Shown in pieces: positions 8,699-18,632 of a DNA stretch of 64,000 nucleotides. Position 1 is the first letter of the stretch. Each line of letters begins with the position of its first letter. Under the pieces are notes generated by a model, which saw only the letters and a list, made by a program, of their open reading frames with translations, was not told the origin of the DNA and did not search any database. Origin of the DNA: an uncultured Gemmatimonadales bacterium (lineage in GTDB: Bacteria; Gemmatimonadota; Gemmatimonadetes; Gemmatimonadales; GWC2-71-9); the NCBI GenBank assembly GCA_963828735.1, contig CAWHFW010000005.1:2208001-2272000 (forward strand), read 5' to 3'. The translations under genes were made by a program, and so were the position numbers.

Positions 8699-10405
8699 GT
8701 GCTGATTCCGAAGCTGTTCACCACGCTCCGGACATACGATCGCTCGCAGTTCCTGGCGGATTCGGTAGCCGGCGTCATCGTCGGGATCGTCGCCCTGCCG
8801 TTGGCCATCGCCTTCGCCATCGCCAGCGGGGTCACGCCGGAGCGTGGTCTCATTACGGCGATCGTCGCCGGATTTCTCATCTCCTTGTTGGGCGGGTCAC
8901 GGGTCCAGATCGGCGGGCCGACCGGGGCCTTCGTCGTCATCGTCTACGGCATCGTTCAACGGTACGGCCTCGATGGACTGCTGTTGGCGAATCTGATGGC
9001 TGGCGCCATGCTCATCGCCTTTGGCGTCGCGCGACTCGGAGCCGCGATCAAGTTCATCCCGTATCCCGTCGTGATCGGCTTCACCAGCGGCATCGCCGTG
9101 ATCATCTTCTCGGGCCAGGTCAAGGATTTCCTCGGGTTGTCGATGGGCGCGGTGCCGGCCGAGTTCGTCGCCAAGTGGCAGGCATACGGGGGTCATCTCA
9201 CCGGAGTCAATCCGTGGGCGGTCGGTATCAGTCTCCTGAGTCTCGCAATCATCAGTCAGTGGCCCCGGGTGGGGCGGCGCGTGCCGGGCCCATTCGTGGC
9301 ACTGATCGTCACAACCGTAGTCGCTTCGGCCTTTCACCTGCCAGTCGAAACGATTGGAAGTCGCTTTGGGGGCATTCCGGCCGGCCTTCCGCGTCCCGTT
9401 CTGCCCCATGTCTCGATGGCGGACGCGTCTGCGCTCGTCGGCCCGGCATTTACCATCGCCATCCTTGCGGCCGTGGAGTCGCTCCTCTCGGCAGTCGTGG
9501 CCGACGGGATGATCGGTGGGCGCCACCGTTCGAACATGGAACTCGTCGCCCAGGGCATCGCGAATATCGCGAGCCCCCTGTTCGGTGGCATCCCCGCTAC
9601 CGGAGCCATCGCGCGCACCGCGACGAACGTGAAAAATGGCGGCCGCACCCCGGTGGCCGGCATGATACACGCGTTGACCCTGCTGCTCATCACGCTGTTC
9701 TTCGGGCGCTGGGCGGCCCGTATCCCGCTGGCGACGCTCGCCGCCATTCTCGTCGTCGTGGCCTACCACATGAGCGAATGGCGGACGTTCAAGAGCCTGT
9801 TGCTCTCGCCGAGAAGCGATGTACTGGTGCTCCTGACCACGTTCCTGCTCACGGTGCTCGTCGACCTGACGGTGGCTATCGAGGTAGGGATGGTACTGGC
9901 GGCCTTTCTGTTCATGAAGCGCATGGCCGAGGTCACCAACGTCACCACGATCACGCGCGATCTAGCGGACCCGAGCACGCCCAGCACGGACGAGTCGGGC
10001 GCGCTTTATCGTCGCGAGGTACCGCCGGAGGTCGAGGTATACGAGATCAACGGTCCCTTCTTCTTCGGCGCGGCTGAGGCGTTCAAGAATGCGGTAGGGC
10101 AGGTGGCCAGGAAACCGGCCGTGCTCATTATCCGCATGCGGCATGTGCCCGCCATGGATGCCACGGGACTCCATGCCCTGAAAACGCTCATCCGACAGGC
10201 TGGCCACGATCGCACGCGGGTCATCCTCGCCGAGGTCCACGCACAGCCCATGGTGGCGCTGACCCGCTCGGACATTCTCGAGGAGGTGGGCGAGTCGAAT
10301 CTGGCGGGCTCTCTCGACGACGCGCTCGAGATCGCCAGGACGCATCTGGAGGCCCGTGCGGGTGCGGTTCCCGTGCCTCCGGCGGCTCCCACGTCTCCCG
10401 GGTGA
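8699..10405 (+). CDS. sulP: SulP family anion permease with STAS domain
   Basis: GGSRVQIGGPTGAF, ESLLSAVVADGM, GAIARTATN, C-terminal GPFFFGAA STAS domain. Confidence 0.95.
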   Translation: MLIPKLFTTLRTYDRSQFLADSVAGVIVGIVALPLAIAFAIASGVTPERGLITAIVAGFLISLLGGSRVQIGGPTGAFVVIVYGIVQRYGLDGLLLANLMAGAMLIAFGVARLGAAIKFIPYPVVIGFTSGIAVIIFSGQVKDFLGLSMGAVPAEFVAKWQAYGGHLTGVNPWAVGISLLSLAIISQWPRVGRRVPGPFVALIVTTVVASAFHLPVETIGSRFGGIPAGLPRPVLPHVSMADASALVGPAFTIAILAAVESLLSAVVADGMIGGRHRSNMELVAQGIANIASPLFGGIPATGAIARTATNVKNGGRTPVAGMIHALTLLLITLFFGRWAARIPLATLAAILVVVAYHMSEWRTFKSLLLSPRSDVLVLLTTFLLTVLVDLTVAIEVGMVLAAFLFMKRMAEVTNVTTITRDLADPSTPSTDESGALYRREVPPEVEVYEINGPFFFGAAEAFKNAVGQVARKPAVLIIRMRHVPAMDATGLHALKTLIRQAGHDRTRVILAEVHAQPMVALTRSDILEEVGESNLAGSLDDALEIARTHLEARAGAVPVPPAAPTSPG

Positions 10406-10589
10406 AAGGCCATCCCATCACGGACGAGACCGCTCACCAGCGCGCCGCTCACCTCCCCGCTCCCCCCACCGATCGCTTAGGACCTGCCCCCGAGCCCCAG
10501 ACCCCGGGCCCGAGTGAGAACGATCTCCCCCTCGCCACGTCCCACGGAAAAGCCCTGTTGAACACTCGGACCCTGGACCAGGAACGGCC

Positions 10590-11453
10590 ATGCGCACCAC
10601 GACTAGCACCTTTGCCACGCGTTCGGTTCTCCTCCTCGCCACCGCCGCCCTCACGGTGGGGGCCATCCACGTCGCGCGACCGACGCCCAGCGCCGGCGGC
10701 CACCACACCCGCTACAGCGCCCCCGTGGCGCTCGGGAACGGCCAGGCCCGCACCTACGTCGTGATGGACGAGCGCTCCAGCCGCCCGGTGGAGGTGGGCA
10801 TCGCCCTGAGCGCCGAAGCCCTCGAAGGCCTGCCGAAGGATTCGCCGGATCACGGCCCGGGCTCCCACGGTCCCCACAGCGAGTACCTGCTCGACCTGCC
10901 CGCCGGCAACCCGACCCCGTACCGGTTCGTCGAGCTCGACTGGAACCCGCACGGCCATGGCGGCCCGTACACCGCGCCGCACCTCGACTTCCACTTCTAC
11001 CGGGTGCCACTCGGGACCCGCAACGAGATCGACATCACCGCCGCCGACTTCGCCGCCAAGGCCGCCCGGATGCCGGCCGCCGACGAGATCCGCCCCGGCT
11101 ACGTGTCCACGCACGTCCTTCTCGGCACCACGCCGGCCGGCATGACCGTCCCGCGCATGGGGCTCCACTGGGTGGACCTCAAGTCGCCTGAGCTGCCACC
11201 GCAGAATCAGCCGTTCACGCGGACGTTCATCACGGGGTCGTGGGACGGGCAGGTGATCTTCGACGAGCCGATGGTGACGCGCGACTTCATCCTCGCCCGG
11301 CGCTCGGGCTCCGCCACCGCGGAGACGATCGCGCTGCCGCAGTCGAAGCGCTATGTACCGGCCGGGTTCTATCCGGAGAGCTATGGCATCCGATGGGACG
11401 AGGCCGCGGGGGAATACCGCATCGCTCTGCAGGACCTGACCTGGCGGGACTAG
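10590..11453 (+). CDS. Exported His-rich protein (DUF5602/TTHB210-like)
   Basis: Signal peptide; LDWNPHGH, PHLDFHFY, VPRMGLHW, FDEPMVT motifs. Confidence 0.7.
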   Translation: MRTTTSTFATRSVLLLATAALTVGAIHVARPTPSAGGHHTRYSAPVALGNGQARTYVVMDERSSRPVEVGIALSAEALEGLPKDSPDHGPGSHGPHSEYLLDLPAGNPTPYRFVELDWNPHGHGGPYTAPHLDFHFYRVPLGTRNEIDITAADFAAKAARMPAADEIRPGYVSTHVLLGTTPAGMTVPRMGLHWVDLKSPELPPQNQPFTRTFITGSWDGQVIFDEPMVTRDFILARRSGSATAETIALPQSKRYVPAGFYPESYGIRWDEAAGEYRIALQDLTWRD

Positions 11454-11475
11454 CCGCCGACCCACGCGCCGCGGG

Positions 11476-12366
11476 CTACCGTACCCGGGTCGCCCGCGCC
11501 GCCGTGCTGCCGCTCTGCGTCTCGACCTCGAAGCCCGTCGCCCGCCCGTTCTCCACCGTGAACGACACGATCATGCCCGCGTCCGCCCAGTACTGGCCGT
11601 CCGCGTACCGGCGCGCGCGGCTGAACTCGTCATCGCTGGCGGGGCTCAGTATGAAGTCGCGGCGGTCTGGCTCCATGCCGTCGGCATCGCGCCAGCGGAG
11701 CGTGTCGCCCGCCTGGACGATGTCCACCAGCAGCCGTTCCCGCTTGACGCCTTCGTCGTCCCGCATGAGCACGTGAAGGTCGTAGCGGCCGACGTAGGGC
11801 GCCGCGTCGCCGCGCGAGGCGAGCAGCGCGAGCGGCGGTGGGATCGCGGCGATCTCGAGCGGGACCACCACCGGGCCCCAGCGCAGGCGGAGCGTGGTCG
11901 CCGCCGGACGCACCGCGGGGAAATCGAAGGTGAGGACCTCGACCGGTGGGCCACTCGCGGGTGGCACCGTGAGCCGAAGCTGCTCGTCGGTCGAATCGGA
12001 TGGTGGGGGGACGTGGAACTTGTGCCAGGTCCGGTGGAACTCGACCGTCCAGCGGTCCGGCCGCACCACCGTCCAGAGCGCGTACTTCCCCTTCGGCAGG
12101 ATCGCGCCGTTCACCCGCACGTCATGGTCCACATCCACCGTCGTGGCCCAGTTGGCGCCCGGTGTCCAGTGCTCGCCCCAGGTGACGACCTTCCCGAACA
12201 GCGAGTCCCGCCCGCGAGCCACCGGTCGGTAGTACTCGACCGTGATCGTCGTGCCGGCGATGGTCTGCGCCGCGACGCCGTGTTCGCTCAGCATCCCCTG
12301 CGCCGCGCCCGGCCGCGCCCCGGCCACCGCGAGCGCGCCGAGCGCGACCGCCGTCGCGGCGCGCAT
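11476..12366 (-). CDS. DUF2911 domain exported protein
   Basis: Signal peptide; ITVEYYRPVARGRDSLFG...WTPGANWATT...LPKGKYALWT. Confidence 0.85.
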   Translation of the reverse strand: MRAATAVALGALAVAGARPGAAQGMLSEHGVAAQTIAGTTITVEYYRPVARGRDSLFGKVVTWGEHWTPGANWATTVDVDHDVRVNGAILPKGKYALWTVVRPDRWTVEFHRTWHKFHVPPPSDSTDEQLRLTVPPASGPPVEVLTFDFPAVRPAATTLRLRWGPVVVPLEIAAIPPPLALLASRGDAAPYVGRYDLHVLMRDDEGVKRERLLVDIVQAGDTLRWRDADGMEPDRRDFILSPASDDEFSRARRYADGQYWADAGMIVSFTVENGRATGFEVETQSGSTAARATRVR

Positions 12367-12837
12367 TCAGCTGCCGTAGCGCGCTTCGATCGCCGCGCGG
12401 ATCTCGTCGAGCGATCGGCCCTTGCCGTGTAGCCGGTACGCGAGCCGCGCCTGGCCCTCGCAGACCTCGCAGTCCATCGCCATCGCGTCGTCTCCTTCGT
12501 AGCAGGAGAGCAGCGAGCGCATGCCGGGGGCGTCGGAGCAGCCGCACTGGCACCGAATGCCGTCGAGAATTTCGGGGATGGTCCGCGCCTCGTCGAACGC
12601 GGCGACCGCCTTGGGATGCTCCCGCACGAGCTCGGGGCGTGCCATGTGCGACGCGTCGATTCCGGGACGCGGGTCCGGATGCGGCCCGCCGTTCCTCAGC
12701 GAACGCCGGCACGCGGCGCGGTGCCGGACGGCGTGCGGGGGCGGTGTGAAGCCGCCGGTCACGAGGCCGAGGGATACCGCGGCGCATGCACGGAGCCCGG
12801 TGCCGATCAGGCTCCGGCGGGTGACGAGACGGGGCAT
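12367..12837 (-). CDS. PCYCGC-motif family Cys-rich protein, probable Tat export
   Basis: TRRSLIG twin-arginine motif; RCQCGC...LLSCY...CEVC...EIRAAIEARY. Confidence 0.8.
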   Translation of the reverse strand: MPRLVTRRSLIGTGLRACAAVSLGLVTGGFTPPPHAVRHRAACRRSLRNGGPHPDPRPGIDASHMARPELVREHPKAVAAFDEARTIPEILDGIRCQCGCSDAPGMRSLLSCYEGDDAMAMDCEVCEGQARLAYRLHGKGRSLDEIRAAIEARYGS

Positions 12838-12927
12838 GTGGCCCTCATGCGGTCGAATCAGTCAACGTGGGGACTTGGTCCCCAATTCATCTACGACCGC
12901 GAGGCGCGCCAGGTTGCGACTCGCGCC

Positions 12928-13452
12928 CTAGGCCTTCGCCGTCTGCATCTTCTCCCGCATCGCCGCCATGTCTTCCCGGTTCGGTCCGTAGATGGCCGGC
13001 GGCGTGCCGCCCGCCAGGCGGCACATGAGGGACAGCTGGCCGCGGTGATGGACCAGGTGCATCAGGATCCCGCCCCACAGCATGTCGCGGATGCTCATCT
13101 GCCGGTCGGCGAACGGAAGCTCCTGGTCGAGCTGATCCTCCGTGAGGTTGGCCAGCCGCGCCACCGACTCCTCGTGCACCTTGCGGTATCCGGGCGCGAG
13201 CAGCCGGACCTCGCGCGGACGCTGGAGATTGGGCGGGACCTCCTGGAACGTGACGGCGCCCTTGCTGATGCCGTAGCTGATGTAGGCGTCCACCTCGCTC
13301 AGGTGCCACGCCAGCTCGCCGAGGGAGCGGCCCTTCGGGTCGGGCCGGAAATCGTACTGCGAGGGCGGGAGCGCGTCGAGCAGGCGGGCGGTGGATTCGG
13401 CTTCCATGTTCCACACCGTGCGGAACCGGTCGAGCTCGTTTATGGGTGCCAT
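12928..13452 (-). CDS. DinB family protein
   Basis: RSLGELAWHL, HLVHHRGQLS, PAIYGP; ATG 13452 after GGAGAGGA. Confidence 0.9.
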   Translation of the reverse strand: MAPINELDRFRTVWNMEAESTARLLDALPPSQYDFRPDPKGRSLGELAWHLSEVDAYISYGISKGAVTFQEVPPNLQRPREVRLLAPGYRKVHEESVARLANLTEDQLDQELPFADRQMSIRDMLWGGILMHLVHHRGQLSLMCRLAGGTPPAIYGPNREDMAAMREKMQTAKA

Positions 13453-13550
13453 GGTATCCTCTCCGAACGGGGTCGATCGTGGGCGTGATCCTATTGTGCA
13501 CGGCCGGACGCCTCGGCGCAAACGGTGTCGAGCGCTGGGACGCCACCGCG

Positions 13551-14297
13551 CTACGGCCCGAGCGATGAAGCCAGGGTCATCAGATTCACCGGCTTGACGT
13601 GAATCAATCCGCCGCGCGGCGAATCGATGTCGGCGATCAACAATAGGGCCATGGACACGATGGCCGGGAGCACGCCGATCAGCAGGCCCGTCGAGCGGCC
13701 GCCGTGCCACGAGAAGCCGACCATGGCGGTGGAGCAGATCGCGATGACTTCGAGGAGCACCCAGGCCGCGGTCGGGATCCGGTTCCACCAGGCGGCCTGC
13801 GTATAACCTTGCGAGTTGATCACGTCGTTCATCCCGGCCACGGCGAGCCAGGTGACGGGCGTCTGCTCGGAGGCGATCCCGCTCTGCACGGCGCCCCACA
13901 GCTGCGTCTGGAGTTGCGCCGTCTCGGCATTGATCCGCGTGAGCGCGTCCGGGCGACGGGTCTCGTAGTACAAAATCCGCTGCTCCACGTAGCTCCGAAG
14001 CAGTCTCCGGACGTTCTCGCCACCGGTCGGCAGCAGGTCCGCGCGGAGGTACTCCGTGCCGATCGCGTTTGCTTCCTCCTCTTCGTACAGTTTCCGCTGG
14101 TCGTAGCGGGCGACGGCCATCGAGAAGGTGAAGCCGACGATGAGGCCCAGGAGGGTGAGCGTGGCCGTCATGACGACCCCGAGGTCCTCGCGGAGGGGAT
14201 CCGCGCGGTCCGCGAACCGCGCGCCGACTTTCGCCGAGGTCCAGAGCACGACGAGCGACACCGCGAACAACACCAGCGGGAAGTTCACGAGACTCAT
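13551..14297 (-). CDS. DUF4239 / bestrophin-like membrane protein
   Basis: LLGLIVGFTFSMAVARYDQRK, EANAIGTEYLRADLL, IADIDSPRGGLI. Confidence 0.8.
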   Translation of the reverse strand: MSLVNFPLVLFAVSLVVLWTSAKVGARFADRADPLREDLGVVMTATLTLLGLIVGFTFSMAVARYDQRKLYEEEEANAIGTEYLRADLLPTGGENVRRLLRSYVEQRILYYETRRPDALTRINAETAQLQTQLWGAVQSGIASEQTPVTWLAVAGMNDVINSQGYTQAAWWNRIPTAAWVLLEVIAICSTAMVGFSWHGGRSTGLLIGVLPAIVSMALLLIADIDSPRGGLIHVKPVNLMTLASSLGP

Positions 14298-14664
14298 CCT
14301 GTCGCCCCCGGATAGGGTCTTGGCGGCACCATGGGCAGAGGATGGCGGGGGCCTGCCGAACCGACCACTGGACCTTGGTCTACCGGGCGTTCGCGCTCGT
14401 CCGGTGCCGAGGCCTTCGACGTCGCGGTGGAAGGACAGGGCGGGCGTGACGGTGCTCGGGGATACCAGATGGGGAGTGTCCTCGTGCCGCCATCGAAGAC
14501 ACCAGGGAGTGCTCGGCACTCTCGCATAGCGGCGCGCCGCGCCGCTGCGCGCGATGTCGCCAGGTACTTGCACCGCGTTTACGGTGAGGGTCGAGATGTA
14601 ACGGTAGGTCGCCGTGCGGAGCTCGATCGACGCGTCCAGGAACCGACGGTACAGCCCCAGCGGA

Positions 14665-15792
14665 TCACAGCAGCTTGACGATCCAGTCTCCGATCAGGTA
14701 GCCGATCCCCGCCACGCCGACGCCGACGAGGAACATGTCCATCCCGCTCCGTACTACCCCTCGACCTGTGAAAAAGCTCCGTGCCGCGCCGACGGCGAAG
14801 TGGGAGAGCATGGCCAGGATGAACGAGGTCCAGATCGCCTCGCGGCTGGTGCTGAAGACCAGCGGCGCGACGGGAATGAAGGCGCCGAACGCTGTCGCGA
14901 TGCCGGTGATCCAGGCCTCGCGCATCGGCGTGGTCGTCGCCTCTCCGATCTTGAGCTCTTCCCGCACCTGCTCCGTGAGTGCGCGCGCCGGATCCTGCAT
15001 GATCTGCGCGGCGAGCGCGTTGGCTTGGTCGGTCGGCACGCCCTTCGTCTGGTAGATGAGGCTCAGCTCCTCCTGCTCGAGGTCCGGCATAAGCCGGATC
15101 TCCTCCTTCTCCATCGCGATCTCGTGCTCGAACACCTCGCGCTCGCTCTTGGCCGCGAGGTACCCGGACGAGCCCATCGATAAGGCGTCCGCCGCCATCC
15201 CCGCGAGCCCCGCGACCACGACGGCGTGCTCCGCCATCGGCAGGTTGCTCTGCGCGCCGATCATGCCCGCCACCAGGCCGAAGTTCGCGGTCAGCCCGTC
15301 ATTGAACCCGTAGACTACGTTCCGGAGGAAGCCGCCCGCCCCCGTCTTGTGCCAGGGCTCCCCGTCCGCCCCGGTGATCGAGGCCAGCGTCTCGGCGTGC
15401 TCCTTCGATTCCTTGGCCAGGGTCAGTGCCGTCGGTCCCACCACTCCATCGGGCGACTCCTGATACAGGCTCAGGTAGCCCTTGACCTCCCGACCCTCTT
15501 CCTGGAGCAGCATCGGCAGCAGGATCCCAGCGCCGACCCGCCGGGCCACCCAGGCGCGAAGCCGCGCCCCACGCGACGGTGGTGGCGGCGCCACGTCGTG
15601 TCCGTTCTCGGCCAGCAGCTTCCGCCACATCTCCACGTGCCGATCCTCGACCTGCGCCAGCTTCCGGTACAGGTCGGCCTTCCGCGTGTCCCGCTCGGCC
15701 TGGGCCAGCTCGCGGTACAGAAACGCCGCATCCGCCTCGTCCTCGAGATGGTGCAACCAGATGTCAGGAGCGGCAGTTGGCGAGGAGTTCAT
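14665..15792 (-). CDS. Rubrerythrin/ferritin-like domain fused to VIT1/CCC1 transporter (MbfA-like iron exporter)
   Basis: N-terminal ExxH motifs (VEDRH, ESKEH); RNVVYGFNDGL, ALSMGSSGYLA VIT1 motifs. Confidence 0.9.
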   Translation of the reverse strand: MNSSPTAAPDIWLHHLEDEADAAFLYRELAQAERDTRKADLYRKLAQVEDRHVEMWRKLLAENGHDVAPPPPSRGARLRAWVARRVGAGILLPMLLQEEGREVKGYLSLYQESPDGVVGPTALTLAKESKEHAETLASITGADGEPWHKTGAGGFLRNVVYGFNDGLTANFGLVAGMIGAQSNLPMAEHAVVVAGLAGMAADALSMGSSGYLAAKSEREVFEHEIAMEKEEIRLMPDLEQEELSLIYQTKGVPTDQANALAAQIMQDPARALTEQVREELKIGEATTTPMREAWITGIATAFGAFIPVAPLVFSTSREAIWTSFILAMLSHFAVGAARSFFTGRGVVRSGMDMFLVGVGVAGIGYLIGDWIVKLL

Positions 15793-16106
15793 GGGCGATA
15801 TATAGCCCCGGAGGGAAGGGCCGGTAAGCACCGCTGGCGTTTCGTGCGCGCGCGCCGGCCACGCGATTATCAGCGATACTCCCGCCAAATATCAGGGTAC
15901 CAAGGAGGGCCGCAGGCACCCGCGATCCCGACTCCTCCCCAGCCCGCGCGTCCGAGATGCCCGGGCGCAGGCGGGAGCGACGCTCGCAGAGGGAGCGTCA
16001 GGGCGCACTCAAACCCCTGCGCGATTCCACCCCCGGAGCGCCCTGCAGCGACCGGCGCGAGCGTCGCTCCCGCCTGCGCCGCGCCCCCCCGGATTTCCGC
16101 GCGTTT

Positions 16107-16133
16107 GCGACCCTGCCGCCCACCCCGGCATCT
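16107..16133 (+). promoter_or_regulatory. Possible ECF-sigma autoregulatory promoter
   Basis: GCGACC-N16-CATCT just upstream of the ECF sigma start. Confidence 0.3.
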
Positions 16134-16144
16134 TTCAGAACGCC

Positions 16145-16699
16145 ATGACAGGAACCCACATAATGGACTCGTACCTCCTCGCCAACGCCGAGTCGGTCAT
16201 CGCCCGCGCCAGGGCCGGGGAGGAAGCCGCCCTTGAAGAGCTCTACCGAGCCTTCGAGGCCCCCGTCTACAACCTCGCCCGCCGCATCTGCCGAACCACC
16301 GAAGACGCAGAGGATGTCCTCCAGGAGACCTTCTTCGAGGTCTGCCGGAGCATTGGTCGGTACCGCGAGGAGGGCAGCCTCTGGGGCTGGGTCCGTACGA
16401 TCGCCGCCAGCAAGGCCCTCATGCGGCTCCGTCGGAACAAGTACCGCGACACGGACGAGCTGCAGGAGGATGTGGTCGGGCATCGCCGCGAGGACACGGC
16501 GCTCCGGATGGACCTCGAGGCCGCCCTCGAGCGGCTCTCGGAGACCTCCCGCGCCGTGGTGTGGTTGCACGACGTCGAGGGCTACACCCACGACGAGATC
16601 GCTGGCATGATGGGCAAGACCCCGAGCTTTTCGAAGTCGCAGCTCGCCCGGGCGCATCAGCGGCTCCGGCGCTGGCTCGGTGAGGAGGTGGAGGTATGA
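16145..16699 (+). CDS. ECF RNA polymerase sigma factor
   Basis: DAEDVLQETF, LHDVEGYTHDEIA, KSQLARA. Confidence 0.95.
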   Translation: MTGTHIMDSYLLANAESVIARARAGEEAALEELYRAFEAPVYNLARRICRTTEDAEDVLQETFFEVCRSIGRYREEGSLWGWVRTIAASKALMRLRRNKYRDTDELQEDVVGHRREDTALRMDLEAALERLSETSRAVVWLHDVEGYTHDEIAGMMGKTPSFSKSQLARAHQRLRRWLGEEVEV

Positions 16700-17292
16700 C
16701 GCACCTGACGATGGAGATGCTGTTGAGCCTGCGCGAGGCCGGCCAGGAGCCGGGCGATGCCTCCGCGCGGGAGCATCTCGAGGGCTGCCCGGCTTGCCGG
16801 GCCGAGCTCGAGCGGCTGCACCAGCGTGTGGCGCGGATCAAGGCGCTGCCGGCACTGCGTCCCAGCCGCGATCGCTGGCCCCAGGTGGCGGCGCGCCTTC
16901 GCGTCGACCGCCGGGCGCGCCGGCAGCGGACGGCCGGGCTGATAGGCCTCGCCGCCGCCGCATCCATCGCCATGGCGGTCCTCGTGCCGAGGACCGGGAC
17001 GCTCGGCGCGGGCGAGCAGGAGATCCAGGCGGTCATGGCCCGCTCCCAGGCGCTCGAGAGCGCGCTCAGCCAGTACCATCCCGAGGAGCGGATGCTCGAC
17101 GGACGGACCGCCGGCATCGCCCAGGAGCTGGAGGACCGGATCGCCCAGGTGGACCGGGAGCTGGAGATGGCCGACCTGCTCGAGCACCAGTCACACGACG
17201 AGCAGGTGCTCAAGCTCTGGCGCGAACGGGTGGGGCTGCTCGACGCCCTGGTGGATGTCCACGTCACCCGTGCCAGCAACGTGGGGCTTTGA
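16696..17292 (+). CDS. Zinc-finger (ZAS) anti-sigma factor
   Basis: HLEGCPAC (HxxxCxxC), one TM helix; ATGA overlap with the sigma gene. Confidence 0.85.
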   Translation: MTHLTMEMLLSLREAGQEPGDASAREHLEGCPACRAELERLHQRVARIKALPALRPSRDRWPQVAARLRVDRRARRQRTAGLIGLAAAASIAMAVLVPRTGTLGAGEQEIQAVMARSQALESALSQYHPEERMLDGRTAGIAQELEDRIAQVDRELEMADLLEHQSHDEQVLKLWRERVGLLDALVDVHVTRASNVGL

Positions 17293-17312
17293 GCCCCGAG
17301 GAGAAGCTCGAC

Positions 17313-18215
17313 ATGAACGCTTCGTTCGTCCTGGCCGTCACGCTGACCGTTGCTAGCCTCGCCGCGCAGGGCGGGGCCCTCGTCGCCCAGAACCGGGCCG
17401 ACTCCGACTCGCTCCGCGACGACACGTTCGAGCAGCGCGTGGACGGGCCCGACCACCTCATGCGGATCGTGATGAACCGCCGGGCCCGCCTCGGGATCAA
17501 GGTCAACCTGCAGGCGCGCGCCACGGACTCCCTCGGGGCCTACGTCGAGTCGGTGTCCCCCAATGGCCCTGCCCAGAAGGCCGGGCTCCGGTCGGGTGAC
17601 CTCATCACCAAGCTGGACGGCAAGTCCGTGCTGACCGGCGGACAGGCCGACGAAGGCCCGGACCAGCACCAGTCGCTGCCGGGACTCCGCCTGGTCGAGC
17701 TGGCCGCCCGGCTCGAGCCCAACGACACCGTGCCGATCGAGTACCTCCGTGGCAAGGATCGGCGGACCGTTAGGGTCGTGACCGAGGACGAGCCCGACAC
17801 GTTCGTGCAGGGCCCGGATGGGCACCGTCCCTTTGCCATGCGTTTCTCGCAGCCCGGCATGCGGGACCGGTTCCAGGTGGGCGACTTCCAGGGCGACATG
17901 GGCCCGGGCCAGCGGTTCGAGTTCCTGGCCGGCGGCCCGCTCGGCGACCTCGACCTGGCGCCGCTCAACCCCGATCTGGGTCAGTACTTCGGCACCACCG
18001 AGGGCGTGCTGGTGATCCGCGCGCCGCAGGATGGGAGCCTCGGACTCAAGGGCGGGGACGTAGTGCAGGCGGTGGACGGTCGCAAGCCTTCGAGCCCAGC
18101 CCATCTCCTGCGCATCTTGCGGAGCTATGATCGAGGCGAAACCTTCAAGTTGGACATTCTGCGCAACCGGAAGCGGGAAACGGTCACGGCCCGCCTCGGC
18201 CCGCACGACGGCTGA
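17313..18215 (+). CDS. Exported protein with two PDZ domains
   Basis: Signal peptide; GPAQKAGLRSGDLITKLDG and GLKGGDVVQAVDG. Confidence 0.85.
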   Translation: MNASFVLAVTLTVASLAAQGGALVAQNRADSDSLRDDTFEQRVDGPDHLMRIVMNRRARLGIKVNLQARATDSLGAYVESVSPNGPAQKAGLRSGDLITKLDGKSVLTGGQADEGPDQHQSLPGLRLVELAARLEPNDTVPIEYLRGKDRRTVRVVTEDEPDTFVQGPDGHRPFAMRFSQPGMRDRFQVGDFQGDMGPGQRFEFLAGGPLGDLDLAPLNPDLGQYFGTTEGVLVIRAPQDGSLGLKGGDVVQAVDGRKPSSPAHLLRILRSYDRGETFKLDILRNRKRETVTARLGPHDG

Positions 18216-18281
18216 TGTGCGCCGCCTCACAGATGTCCTTTGGGGACCGCGATATATGTTCGGCCCACCTTGGAGGGCACT

Positions 18282-18548
18282 ATGAGTTTCCTGTGGACCT
18301 TGATCATCGGCTTGGTCGTCGGGGCGATTGCCAAGCTGCTGATGCCCGGCAGGGATCCGGGCGGCGTGATCGTGACGATGCTGATCGGCGTGGCCGGTGC
18401 CCTGTTGGCTGGGTTTCTCGGCCGGGCCCTCGGCTGGTACTCTGACCCGGGGACAGGTCCGGGCATCATCGCTTCCATCATCGGCGCGATGATCCTGCTG
18501 TTCATCTACCGTTTGTTCGTCGGCCGCCGGGGGACGACGGTTCCGTAG
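18282..18548 (+). CDS. GlsB/YeaQ/YmgE (transglycosylase-associated) membrane protein
   Basis: IIGLVVGAIAKLLMPGRDPGG; SD GGAGGG. Confidence 0.9.
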   Translation: MSFLWTLIIGLVVGAIAKLLMPGRDPGGVIVTMLIGVAGALLAGFLGRALGWYSDPGTGPGIIASIIGAMILLFIYRLFVGRRGTTVP

Positions 18549-18564
18549 CGACGGACAGACCAGG

Positions 18565-18613
18565 AAACGAAAGGACGGAGGGTCGCACCACCGACCCTCC
18601 GTCCTTTTCGTTT
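18565..18613. terminator. Bidirectional rho-independent terminator
   Basis: AAACGAAAGGACGGAGGGTCG-loop-CGACCCTCCGTCCTTTTCGTTT between convergent genes. Confidence 0.85.
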
Positions 18614-18632
18614 GGTGGCCTTCGTTCGACCG

